A DNA stretch of 60,951 bases, the filler included, from Nitrospirae bacterium CG2_30_53_67 (GTDB lineage Bacteria > CG2-30-53-67), in NCBI GenBank assembly GCA_001873285.1. It is 7 parts of 7 records of this genome, joined end to end, with 100 filler letters (N's around TTAATTAATTAA, not from the genome) between each part and the next. Parts side by side here need not be neighbours in the genome. Positions count along the whole stretch, not along the records: positions 46,870 to 53,619 come from MNYV01000080.1; positions 53,720 to 60,951 come from MNYV01000047.1; 5 more parts are not named here. One strand, 5' to 3'. Each line of letters begins with the position of its first letter. Positions within the stretch are counted from its first letter, which is position 1. The position numbers and the translations under genes were made by a program. Positions 50,167 through 58,863 of the stretch are shown here, piece after piece. Under the pieces are notes generated by a model, which was not told where the DNA came from, ran no database searches, and saw nothing but the letters and a program-made list of their open reading frames with translations.

Positions 50167-50487
50167 TCAATCAGCGGTTTCTTCTCCCACCCAGTCAAGA
50201 TAGGGGGGAGAGCCTTTGACGATGGGAACGGCCACGATTTCGGGGACTTCATAACTATGAAGCTCCCTGACCCTCTGTTCGATCCGGTCGAAAAGCGCTA
50301 AACGGCTTTTGATGATCAGGAGAACCTCCTGCTCCTTTTGAACCTTCCCTTTCCACCTGAATATAGAGCGGATCTCCGGAAATATATTGGCGCACGCCGC
50401 CAGACGGGACCCCACCAGCTCCTTTGCAATGGTTTCCGCCTCCTCTCTTGAAGAGGCGGTGACAAAAACAGCGACATATCCGCTCAT
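50167..50487 (-). CDS. cutA: Divalent-cation tolerance protein CutA
   Basis: RLAACAN, SIFRWKG, HSYEVPEI. Confidence 0.93.
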   Translation of the reverse strand: MSGYVAVFVTASSREEAETIAKELVGSRLAACANIFPEIRSIFRWKGKVQKEQEVLLIIKSRLALFDRIEQRVRELHSYEVPEIVAVPIVKGSPPYLDWVGEETAD

Positions 50488-51659
50488 CCGTGCTTCCCCT
50501 TCGCGGCGCTCATGGCCTCATTATATACCTGTTTGAGAGGAACCTTCTGCTCGGAAGCCAGCCTGCGGCAGACCTCATACTCCGGGGAGAGGTTGACGGC
50601 CTCCATTCCCAGATAAGCGATCTTGACCGGAACCTCCCCATAAGGAGTCGCAACCCGGATCATTTTACGTTCAAGCTTCTCCCGTTCCACGCTGTAGCGG
50701 CGGACGCCGATAGCTGTGGTCTCCTGAAAAATAATATTAACCAGGGCATGCTCCATCCCTTCCGGAGAGAGGACGCTGATCCGTGTGGCAGGCCTCCCCT
50801 TTTTCATGATGATCGGGGTGAAAAAGACATCGAGCGCCCCTTCGGCAAAAAGGCGGTCCATGACGAACCCGTAAATTTCCGGGTTCATGTCGTCAATGTT
50901 GCTTTCAATCATCCAGCATCGGTCCTGGCGACGGGCCGGAATGTCTTCTTCCCCGATCAGGATGCGAAGACAGTTGGGCCAGCCGGGCAGGTCCGCCTTG
51001 CCCAGGCCATAGCCGATGCGTTCGATCTTCATGAGGGGCTGGACTGAAAAGTCCTGAGCCAGCCCGGCGAGGATGGCGGCGCCGGTGGGAGTGGTCAGCT
51101 CCATGGAAATTCCGCCGGCATAGGTGGGTTTCCCTTTCAGAAGAGAGAGGGTTGCCGGGGCCGGGACCGGGAGAATACCATGCTCGGTCTTCACGGTTCC
51201 GCTTCCTACATTGACAGGAGAGGCGGTGACACGGCGGATTCCCAGGCTTTCCATGCCGATAGCGGTACCTACAATATCAATGAGCGCGTCCACGGCACCG
51301 ACCTCGTGGAAATGGACCGAAGAGATGTCCACGTTATGAACCTCGGATTCGGCCTTTCCTAACAACTGAAAGATCCGGTTGCTTTTTTCCTTCACCTCAT
51401 GAGAAAGACTGCTTCCATTAATGAGGGAAAGGATCTCATGAAGGTTCCGGGCCGGCTGTGCCTTGTCTATGATCACATCGACTCGGTTCCCGGAGATGGA
51501 GCCGCGTTTTGAAGATTGAATCTCGATCCGGTACCCGGAAAGATTCAGCTTTTTCAATTCGGAGAAGAGGACCTCTTCTTTTAAGCCTGCATGGAGAAGG
51601 GCCCCGAGGGTCATGTCTCCGCTGATTCCCGAAAAACAATCCAGGTAGGCAATGCTCAA
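50484..51659 (-). CDS. larC: Nickel pincer cofactor biosynthesis protein LarC
   Basis: DCFSGISGDM, VHFHEVGA, HGILPVPAPAT, ESNIDD, MKKGRP, PEYE. Confidence 0.93.
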   Translation of the reverse strand: MSIAYLDCFSGISGDMTLGALLHAGLKEEVLFSELKKLNLSGYRIEIQSSKRGSISGNRVDVIIDKAQPARNLHEILSLINGSSLSHEVKEKSNRIFQLLGKAESEVHNVDISSVHFHEVGAVDALIDIVGTAIGMESLGIRRVTASPVNVGSGTVKTEHGILPVPAPATLSLLKGKPTYAGGISMELTTPTGAAILAGLAQDFSVQPLMKIERIGYGLGKADLPGWPNCLRILIGEEDIPARRQDRCWMIESNIDDMNPEIYGFVMDRLFAEGALDVFFTPIIMKKGRPATRISVLSPEGMEHALVNIIFQETTAIGVRRYSVEREKLERKMIRVATPYGEVPVKIAYLGMEAVNLSPEYEVCRRLASEQKVPLKQVYNEAMSAAKGKHG

Positions 51660-51862
51660 GAGAGATTCTCCTTACATTTGCGGGACAGTTTGAATCTAAC
51701 ATAGACCCCGGTGTTTCTCAAGGGAAAAGAAAAATCTCCGGGTGTTCCAGGCTCTTTGCCGACCGGCATAAGGCGCTCAGAGAGTGGTCTCTATTTTTTG
51801 CGATGGGATCAATAAAATCTTGACTTCAGTGATGATTGTGGGTATCAATATCTCATAAAGGT

Positions 51863-53086
51863 ATGAAAGAAATGATCCAGGAACACCCGAAACTCCGTCC
51901 TCTGATGGTCTTTCCGATCAGCCAACCGGATGGAGGGGCCGCCATTTGTTTGAGAGATCCGGAAGGGTTCTCAGATGCCGCTTTGATGATTAATCATGCA
52001 ACCTATCTGATGATGACGTTGATGGATGGGACGCGTGACGTGAGCGGCATCCAGGCGGATTTCATGCGGCAGACCCAAGTCATGATTCCCAGGGAGCAGA
52101 TTGTTGACCTGATCGGGAAACTCCATCAGTATCTTTTTCTGGACGGCGAAGGATTCCGCCTGCACCGGAAGAGGATCGAAGAAGACTTTCTCCATGCAAG
52201 CGTCCGGCCTGCCGCACACAGCGGAACGGCCTATCCTCAAACGGCCGAAGAACTCTCCGGTTTTCTTACGGGATTTTTCAGCGCCCTGAAAGAATCAGCT
52301 CATCCGGACGGAACCGTCTCCGGAATCATCGCTCCGCATATGGATATCAGGGAGGCCGGAAGCTGTTATGCCTCCGCCTATGCCCGTCTAAAGGGGAGCG
52401 CCGCCTCCACCATGATTATCCTGGGGACTGCGCACGGGAGCATCGGGGAGAACCGGTATTCGATCTGCCCAAAAGATTTTGAAACGCCTCTGGGCGTGAT
52501 CCCTTGCGATCAGGAGGGAATCGAGCAGATCCACGATGCCGCAGGAGTGGACTGGACACAAGGCCAGCTCGGCCACCGGATCGAACACTCTGTGGAATTT
52601 CAGGCGGTTTTTTTGCGGTATCTTTTCCCGGAGAGGGAGATCAAGATCATTCCGGTATTGTGCAACTCTTTTGCGGATCTCATGGATAGGCCCGAGGGTC
52701 CCATGTATGATGATTCCATCCGCCTCTTCGTTGAAACCCTGAAGGCTTTCCTGGCCCGGCGGAACGGCAAGGCAGCCCTGATCGCCGGGGCGGACCTGAG
52801 CCATGTAGGCCCGAAATTCGGGGATTCCATGCCCTTGACCGAGACCGACCTCGTCTCACTGAAAACCCATGACCTTTCATTGATCAGGCATGTTGAGGAG
52901 GGGGATGCTGAGGGGTTCTTCAAGGAGATACAAAAAGAGAGGGAAAGCCACAATGTCTGCGGCCTCCCCAACATCTATACCTTTCTCAAGATTATGGAGG
53001 GAGGGAAAGGCCGCCTTCTTGATTACGGCCAATTCTTCGAGCCGCCGACCTCATCCGCCGTAAGCTATGCCTCGCTGGTCTTCTAA
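51863..53086 (+). CDS. AmmeMemoRadiSam system protein B (Memo), long form
   Basis: RPAAHSG..YP, IAPH, EHSVEFQ, ADLSHVG, NVCG, VSYAS. Confidence 0.88.
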   Translation: MKEMIQEHPKLRPLMVFPISQPDGGAAICLRDPEGFSDAALMINHATYLMMTLMDGTRDVSGIQADFMRQTQVMIPREQIVDLIGKLHQYLFLDGEGFRLHRKRIEEDFLHASVRPAAHSGTAYPQTAEELSGFLTGFFSALKESAHPDGTVSGIIAPHMDIREAGSCYASAYARLKGSAASTMIILGTAHGSIGENRYSICPKDFETPLGVIPCDQEGIEQIHDAAGVDWTQGQLGHRIEHSVEFQAVFLRYLFPEREIKIIPVLCNSFADLMDRPEGPMYDDSIRLFVETLKAFLARRNGKAALIAGADLSHVGPKFGDSMPLTETDLVSLKTHDLSLIRHVEEGDAEGFFKEIQKERESHNVCGLPNIYTFLKIMEGGKGRLLDYGQFFEPPTSSAVSYASLVF

Positions 53087-53159
53087 TCGTCCACTTTCCC
53101 GGCCTGGTCCGTCAGGTGACAGGGAGCCCCTTCAAGGATGAACGTGACCGTCATGCGAT

Positions 53160-53470
53160 TCAGTTCCGTCCGAAATCATCCTCCAGGCGTTCGATATCGT
53201 CCTCTCCGAAGTAGTCCCCTTTTTGCACCTCGATGAAAATCAGATTACGGGTTCCGGGATTTAAGATCCGGTGTGCGGCGCCGCACGGGATATCCATGGA
53301 TTCTCCGGCCGTGCGCGGGACCTCACGGCCGTTCAGGGTGACCACGGCCTCTCCGGTCACCACGTGCCAGTGTTCCGAACGGCGCCGGTGCCTCTGATAG
53401 CTCAGCCGCTTTCCGGGATAGACCGTGATTCGTTTGACCTTATGGTCTTCCCTGTCCGAATTGATCTTAG
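53160..53470 (-). pseudogene. Mannose-6-phosphate isomerase type II cupin, apparently 5' truncated
   Basis: HKVKRITVYPGKRLSYQRH..EHW..FIEVQ..GEDDIERLEDDFGR; the N-terminal RPWG motif and a good start are missing. Confidence 0.65.
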
Positions 53471-53508
53471 GAAATAAAGGCAAACCTGTCAATCATATAG
53501 TTGCGTGA

Positions 53509-53619
53509 TCACAATCTTGTCCAGGAGAGCCACCGGGACATGAGGCTCTTGACCAGGGGGGTGAGGCGTGTCTTGTTGTAAAGATCGCCCGTCTGGCGGA
53601 TAGCCTCTGCCTGTGTAGG
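53509..53619 (-). CDS. C-terminus of a pyridine nucleotide-disulfide oxidoreductase (mercuric-reductase-like family)
   Basis: Manual translation PTQAEAIRQTGDLYNKTRLTPLVKSLMSRWLSWTRL*; truncated by contig end. Confidence 0.65.
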   Translation of the reverse strand, partial: PTQAEAIRQTGDLYNKTRLTPLVKSLMSRWLSWTRL

Positions 53620-53719
53620 NNNNNNNNNNNNNNNNNNNNNNNNNNNNNNNNNNNNNNNNNNNNTTAATTAATTAANNNNNNNNNNNNNNNNNNNNNNNNN
53701 NNNNNNNNNNNNNNNNNNN
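53620..53719. other. Artificial contig linker
   Basis: N/TTAATTAATTAA/N spacer. Confidence 0.99.
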
Positions 53720-53890
53720 CTGATCCGCGATGGTCAGGAAAAGCTTCTCATGGAAAATATCGACACCATCCGCCGGCAGGAAGATAATCTGGTTCTGCGG
53801 GATATTTTTGGGGAAGAAAAGACGGTGAAGGCAAGGTTTCATGAAGCGGATATGCTGCATCACCGGATTGTTTTGGAAGAGATTTCCTGA
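53720..53890 (+). CDS. cooT: CooT-family nickel-binding protein (5' truncated)
   Basis: Manual translation LIRDGQEKLLMENIDTIRRQEDNLVLRDIFGEEKTVKARFHEADMLHHRIVLEEIS*. Confidence 0.7.
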   Translation: MIRDGQEKLLMENIDTIRRQEDNLVLRDIFGEEKTVKARFHEADMLHHRIVLEEIS

Positions 53891-54102
53891 GAAGATCCAC
53901 TTTGTGCCTTGATGTCTTGGCGGCAAAAAGGTTTAAAAAAAGGGGCCTGACACCCAGAGGAGGGGGAGGTGAAAGGCCCCTTCGGCTTTCACCGGGAATC
54001 CGGATCAGAGGAGAAACCGTTTCCCAATGTAAGCCATTTGGTCGCTTTTGCCCCCTGCAGCCATCTGCAGGGAATTTTTGAGTTTCTAAAGAGTTTTTTG
54101 TT

Positions 54103-54495
54103 TCATTCACTCCCTAACCCTGCGGCAGACTGCAGGGTTGTCACTTGCTCTGCATGCTCAAACCAGGACCGCCCCTCGACCTGGTTCAGATTGAGTGATC
54201 TACTTGTTCTTCCTCCATTCAGCAGACCCAGTACGGCCCGTTCAGCATCGTCGCGATCTTCCCGGATCGTTTTTATCCCTTTAACAGATAGGAGTTCTGA
54301 AATCGGTTCCGGACAATCTTTGACGATCACCGTTTTGCAGTCCTCAACCGCGGCCATGATCCCGTGGATCTGAGTCCTTTTTGACCGGGCATGGATCCTG
54401 CCGTTTCTGATCTCGTAGATCAGGAAAATGAGGCTTCCGATCAGATGACCGCTGATCCTTTCTCCATCATTGGACGGCACGGCGATCTTGAACAT
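54103..54495 (-). CDS. NifB/NifX-like Fe-Mo cofactor-binding domain protein (divergent)
   Basis: MFKIAVPSNDGERISGH..FLIYEI..DCKTVIV..GI. Confidence 0.7.
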   Translation of the reverse strand: MFKIAVPSNDGERISGHLIGSLIFLIYEIRNGRIHARSKRTQIHGIMAAVEDCKTVIVKDCPEPISELLSVKGIKTIREDRDDAERAVLGLLNGGRTSRSLNLNQVEGRSWFEHAEQVTTLQSAAGLGSE

Positions 54496-54641
54496 TATTT
54501 CGGCCCTCCTCCGCAGCCTGGTTCGGGCTTTTCGGTTAAGACCCATGAATCAGGGCCGGCCCCGCATGGACAAAGCTCCGGCGGCTCCTTGGCAGCGGGA
54601 ACTTCCATCATGCAATCTTCACAGATATAAACCTTGATCAT
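54495..54641 (-). CDS. 48-aa rubredoxin-like protein (below ORF-track cutoff)
   Basis: MIKVYICEDCMMEVPAAKEPPELCPCGAGPDSWVLTEKPEPGCGGGPK*; RBS GAGGAGG; TAATG overlap with the next gene. Confidence 0.75.
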   Translation of the reverse strand: MIKVYICEDCMMEVPAAKEPPELCPCGAGPDSWVLTEKPEPGCGGGPK

Positions 54642-54656
54642 TGTTCTATCCCTCCT

Positions 54657-55106
54657 CTAAGCGTCTACGGTTTCACGGGCCTTTCGCCAGCCTTCTTCTT
54701 GAAGTTTTCTGGCCCGGCTGATGCTCCATTCCCGTATCATCTGCAGATACTTTGCCTTATCGGTTTTGGCCACCTGGGCCAATGCCTCCTTCTCCTTGTT
54801 GGCCTGGTGAAGGTCCGTGGGCGTAAATCCCTGCCATGTGGAATACCCCTCATCGAAGATCAGATCCGGAGTGACGGCTTCTTTGCTCAGCCCCATCTTC
54901 GCTGCATAGAGGGAGACGACCTCCATGTCATACTCGATGATCCAGCCGTTATCACGGATCATGGTCCCGGCATTAAAGCCAACATCCTCGCTGCAGGAAG
55001 GGCAGTAGATGGTCTTGACGGTCTCGTAAGGAAGAATCGAATTCAAGTGATGAAGACGCGCCGCTTCTTTACCGCAAGCGCATTCTTTTTCAATGGCCAT
55101 GCACAT
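54657..55106 (-). CDS. Cys-containing hypothetical protein (CxCG, CPxC)
   Basis: 149-aa ORF with RBS GAGGAGG; motifs CACG, YCPSC, DNGWIIEYD, GWRKA. Confidence 0.75.
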   Translation of the reverse strand: MCMAIEKECACGKEAARLHHLNSILPYETVKTIYCPSCSEDVGFNAGTMIRDNGWIIEYDMEVVSLYAAKMGLSKEAVTPDLIFDEGYSTWQGFTPTDLHQANKEKEALAQVAKTDKAKYLQMIREWSISRARKLQEEGWRKARETVDA

Positions 55107-55274
55107 GATGTAAACCTCCTCTTTTAAAATCCTAATAAATCAATCGGTTAACATAAACTATACTAAAATCATTCTGTTAATCATGAATATACACGGTCCT
55201 TTATCCTTTGTCAAGGGTCTCTTGAAAAAAAAGATTGACTCATATCAACCCCAGTGGTAGGTTGTCGGCAAAGA

Positions 55275-55625
55275 ACCTTTTCAGGTGCTGAAAAGCCTAA
55301 AAGGGAAGAGGGTGAGAATCCCTCACGGACCCGCCGCTGTGATCGGGTTGTGTCATCGCAAAGTGGTCCTGTTCGTAAATATGGTGAAGCACCGAGAGGG
55401 TCGTAGGGCGGTCTCATCAAGGCGCGCGACTGCGGCGTACCCCATGTGGTACGCCGCAAAGAGCGGAACGCCGACGAGACGGCGCTACGGCACTCGAATG
55501 CCGCCGTATTTACGAATAGGGCCACTCAAAACCACTGTCTGCCTCAGGCGGACGGGAAGGTGCGATGAACTTCCTCCAACCGGACGTTGGAGGCGCCCGT
55601 AAGTCAGAAGACCTGCCTGATATGG
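55275..55625 (+). ncRNA. Cobalamin riboswitch interrupted by a MITE
   Basis: CAGGTGC..AAAAGGGAA-GAGGGTGAGAATCCCTC-ACGGACCCGCCGCTGTGA; TCATCGCA/TGCGATGA helix; ACCACTG..GGGAAGG; AAGTCAGAAGACCTGCC; lies upstream of cobU. Confidence 0.93.
55362..55526. mobile_element. 165-bp MITE inserted in the riboswitch
   Basis: Same TIRs as 39315-39503; flanked by CAA on both sides. Confidence 0.9.
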
Positions 55626-55677
55626 AAAAATGTTCACCGGACTTCGAGGCTTAAGGGTGGTGAATGCGTGATCGTTC

Positions 55678-55719
55678 AGACCCCGTTTTCCCTTTGGAAA
55701 TCCGGGGTTTTTGTTTTTT
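55678..55719 (+). terminator. Riboswitch expression-platform terminator
   Basis: AGACCCCG..CGGGGTTT hairpin followed by TTGTTTTTT. Confidence 0.8.
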
Positions 55720-55741
55720 GAGAGGCATCTCCGAAGCAGGA

Positions 55742-55850
55742 GATTAAGACATAAGGGTCCAAGGGGCCTAGGGGCCAAGGGGTCAAGTGAACCACTCGAA
55801 CCCTTGAACCCTTGAACCCTCGAATCCTTCCACAAAATGGAAGAGGAGCC
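55742..55850. repeat. Octamer-repeat element with ISL3-like right end in the cobU leader
   Basis: GGGGCCAAGGGGTCAAGTGAA..(GAACCCTT)n..CACAAAATGGAAGAGGAGCC. Confidence 0.65.
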
Positions 55851-55861
55851 TTTTTCTGGAT

Positions 55862-56404
55862 ATGGGAAGATTCACCTTGATCATCGGTGGTGCGAGGAGC
55901 GGGAAAAGCCGGTTCGCCCTGAAGATAGGAGAGAAAGTCGGAAAGGACCGAATCCTTGTGGCCACGGCCCGGTCCACCGACCCCGAAATGGAGGGGCGTA
56001 TCCTGAGGCACAAACTGGAACGCGGACCCTTGTGGGAGACATTCGAAGAGCCGCTCGATGTCGTCTCCCTGCTCGGTTCTTTTCAGTCCGGCGCCCATGT
56101 GGTCGTGATCGACTGTTTGACCGTGCTTCTTTCCAACCTGATGATTGAAAGGAAGTATGAAGATGAGGAGCTCCTGTGCGAGATCGACTCCCTCGCCTCG
56201 GCCGTTCATAAGTCTCCCTTTCCGGTGATCGCCGTGGCCAATGAGGTGGGCATGGGTCTGGTTCCCGCGGAGCCCCTGGGGAGACGGTTCAGGGACCTGG
56301 CGGGCATGGCCAACCAGCGTCTGGCAGAAGCGGCTGACGAGGTTTTTCTGGTCACGGCGGGAATCCCGCTTTGTCTAAAAAAATTGGAGATGCATGATGA
56401 GTGA
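55862..56404 (+). CDS. cobU: Adenosylcobinamide kinase/guanylyltransferase
   Basis: GGARSGKS, IDCLT, NEVGMG..FRDLAG. Confidence 0.95.
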   Translation: MGRFTLIIGGARSGKSRFALKIGEKVGKDRILVATARSTDPEMEGRILRHKLERGPLWETFEEPLDVVSLLGSFQSGAHVVVIDCLTVLLSNLMIERKYEDEELLCEIDSLASAVHKSPFPVIAVANEVGMGLVPAEPLGRRFRDLAGMANQRLAEAADEVFLVTAGIPLCLKKLEMHDE

Positions 56405-57464
56405 CAATGGGATGCAGAAGATCAACGAGGTGATCCGCAGGATCAGGCCCATGGACCCGGACCTGGACCGACGCGTACAGGCAAGGTTGGATGATCAGGT
56501 CATGCCCCTCCGCGCTTTGGGGAGGATCCAGTCCCTGGGAAAGCAGGTGGCCCTGATTCAGGGCAAAGAGCGGCCCGAGATCCGTCACAAGAGGATCTTT
56601 ACCTTTGCAGGTGATCACGGTGTGGTGGAGGAGGGGGTTTCGGCCTTTCCTAAAGCAGTGACCCGGGAGATGGTGCGAAATTTCGTGAGGGGCGGCGCCG
56701 GCATCAATGTGCTGGCCCGGCATGCGGGCGCCGAGGTTGTGGTGGTGGATATGGGAGTGGACGGCGATCTTCTGGAGCTTTCGGGGATTGAACATCAAAA
56801 GGTGGCGCGGGGGACCCGGAATTTCACACAGGGTCCGGCCATGACCAGGGAGCAGGCCGTCTCGGCAATCAACATCGGGATCTCCCTTGCAGAGAAATAC
56901 GGCGATCAAACAGACCTCATCGGCACCGGAGACATGGGGATCGGGAACACCACCCCCAGCAGCGCGATGGCGGCCGTGCTCACGGACCGGCCCGTGGCCC
57001 AGGTCACGGGGAGAGGGACCGGCATCGGGGACGAGGCGCTGCAGCGGAAGATCCGGGTGATCGAAAAGGGGATTGCAGTGAACCAGCCGGACCCTTCGGA
57101 TCCTCTCGACGTCCTGCACAAGCTCGGCGGTTTTGAGATCGCCGGGATTACAGGCCTGATCCTCGGTGCGGCGGCCCGCAGGATCCCGGTGGTCATCGAC
57201 GGGCTGATCTCCACGGCCGGGGCCCTGATCGCTTATACCCTCGCGCCCCAGACGGCTCCTTATATGATTGCCGCTCACCGTTCCGTGGAGATCGGCCACC
57301 AGGTCATGCTCGACCGGATGGGACTTCAGCCTCTCCTCGATCTCAATCTCCGTCTGGGAGAGGGGACCGGAGCGGCCCTCGGTTTCTTAATCGTTGAAGC
57401 GGGGGTCAAGGTCTTGAATGAGGTTTTGACATTTGCGGAGGCGGGTGTGTCGGAGAAATCATGA
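56394..57464 (+). CDS. cobT: Nicotinate-nucleotide-dimethylbenzimidazole phosphoribosyltransferase
   Basis: AGDHGV, GDMGIGNTT, GGFEIA, RLGEGTGA. Confidence 0.95.
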   Translation: MMSDNGMQKINEVIRRIRPMDPDLDRRVQARLDDQVMPLRALGRIQSLGKQVALIQGKERPEIRHKRIFTFAGDHGVVEEGVSAFPKAVTREMVRNFVRGGAGINVLARHAGAEVVVVDMGVDGDLLELSGIEHQKVARGTRNFTQGPAMTREQAVSAINIGISLAEKYGDQTDLIGTGDMGIGNTTPSSAMAAVLTDRPVAQVTGRGTGIGDEALQRKIRVIEKGIAVNQPDPSDPLDVLHKLGGFEIAGITGLILGAAARRIPVVIDGLISTAGALIAYTLAPQTAPYMIAAHRSVEIGHQVMLDRMGLQPLLDLNLRLGEGTGAALGFLIVEAGVKVLNEVLTFAEAGVSEKS

Positions 57465-58231
57465 TGATCGATGATGGTATGATTCGTGAATGGCCCCGGC
57501 GGTTTGCCACGGCCTGGCGGTTCCTGACGATCATCCCTCTGGGTCCGGAGGCGGACCTCTCTCCGGAGAGGCTGGGGAAGTCCATGGCCATGTTTCCGGC
57601 GGTGGGGCTGGTCCTGGGGCTGATCCTGGTCGGGCTCCATGCTCTTCTTGGTTACGTATTCCCAACATTGCTTGTGGACCTCTCGGTGATTTCATCGCTG
57701 ATCCTCATGACCGGAGGTTTGCATCTGGACGGGTTTGCGGATTCGATTGACGGACTGGCCGGCGGCAGGAACCGGGAAGAGATTCTGGAGATCATGCGGG
57801 ACAGCCGGGTCGGGGTCATCGGGGTCATTGCGCTCATTCTCCTGATCTTCTTCAAGGTGGTCTCCTTGGACCAGTGCCCCGAGAGATGGAAGCCGGGCCT
57901 GCTGCTCTGCATGCCCTGCATGGGCCGATGGTCCATGCTTCAGATGTCCGCCTTTTCCAGATATGCCAGAGAGGGGGAGGGGACCGGGAGGGCCTTTGCC
58001 GATTTTTCGGGGCGGCCGGAGTATCTCGTGGGGTTTGTCTTTACCTCTGCGGCCGTGATTCCGGCCCTCGGGCTCAAAGGGCTCCTGATCCTCGGCCTGA
58101 TCGGGCTTACGACCTATCTCACGACCCGGTTTTTCGAGGCCAGACTCGGAGGGGTGACCGGCGACACCCATGGGTTCACAGGGGAACTGAGTGAGGCCCT
58201 TTTTCTCTTGCTGGGAGCGGCCGTGTTATGA
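57461..58231 (+). CDS. cobS: Cobalamin synthase
   Basis: TGGLHLDGFAD, IMRDSRVG, GGVTGD..E. Confidence 0.95.
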   Translation: MMIDDGMIREWPRRFATAWRFLTIIPLGPEADLSPERLGKSMAMFPAVGLVLGLILVGLHALLGYVFPTLLVDLSVISSLILMTGGLHLDGFADSIDGLAGGRNREEILEIMRDSRVGVIGVIALILLIFFKVVSLDQCPERWKPGLLLCMPCMGRWSMLQMSAFSRYAREGEGTGRAFADFSGRPEYLVGFVFTSAAVIPALGLKGLLILGLIGLTTYLTTRFFEARLGGVTGDTHGFTGELSEALFLLLGAAVL

Positions 58232-58854
58232 AACCAATAAGAGCGCATCAAGTTCGGACCAGGGTTTATATCGCCAGGCACGGACAGGTGGAAAACTTCA
58301 TATCCGGGGTCTACAACGGGCAGACCGATGTGCCGATTACACAGGTGGGGCGGGAGCAGATGCTCTCCCTGCTGGACAGGGTACGGGGCTGCGGCATCTC
58401 CGCGGTCTATTGCAGTGACCTTTTCCGTACGGTGGAGGGAGCGGAGATCATCGCCGGAGGCCTGAACCTCCCCTACGAGAAGCTCCCGGGGCTCCGCGAG
58501 CGGAACTTCGGGGACTGGGAAGGTCTGACCTACGAGGAGATCGGAAGGGACTATCCGGATCTTTTCGGCTATTGGCAGAAAGACGTGACCGCGGTTCGGC
58601 CTCCCGGAGGCGGAGAGAGTTCCTATGACCTTTCCGAACGGGTGCTCAAGACCTATCTCCCTCTGCTGGAGAAACACAGTGGCGGGAATATCTTCATCGT
58701 TGCGCACGGCGGCGTGAACCGTCTGATCCTCGCCCATGCCATGAAGCTTGAGATCCGATACATCTTCAGGATGGACCAGGCCTTCGGGTGCCTGAACATG
58801 ATCGATTATTATGACGACGGGTTTGCACACGTGAAACTGATAAACGGGGTATAG
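58228..58854 (+). CDS. cobC: Alpha-ribazole phosphatase (histidine phosphatase)
   Basis: RHG, ERNFGDWEG, VAHGG; operon context. Confidence 0.88.
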   Translation: MKPIRAHQVRTRVYIARHGQVENFISGVYNGQTDVPITQVGREQMLSLLDRVRGCGISAVYCSDLFRTVEGAEIIAGGLNLPYEKLPGLRERNFGDWEGLTYEEIGRDYPDLFGYWQKDVTAVRPPGGGESSYDLSERVLKTYLPLLEKHSGGNIFIVAHGGVNRLILAHAMKLEIRYIFRMDQAFGCLNMIDYYDDGFAHVKLINGV

Positions 58855-58863
58855 GAGCTGACA

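Noticed and set aside
14129..53719. Six identical TTAATTAATTAA motifs within N runs
   Set aside because: Artificial contig-joining spacers. ORFs and apparent gene neighbourhoods crossing them are not biological.
54103..54495. NifX-like domain as evidence for nitrogen fixation
   Set aside because: The domain is widespread outside nif clusters, and no nif structural genes are in the window.
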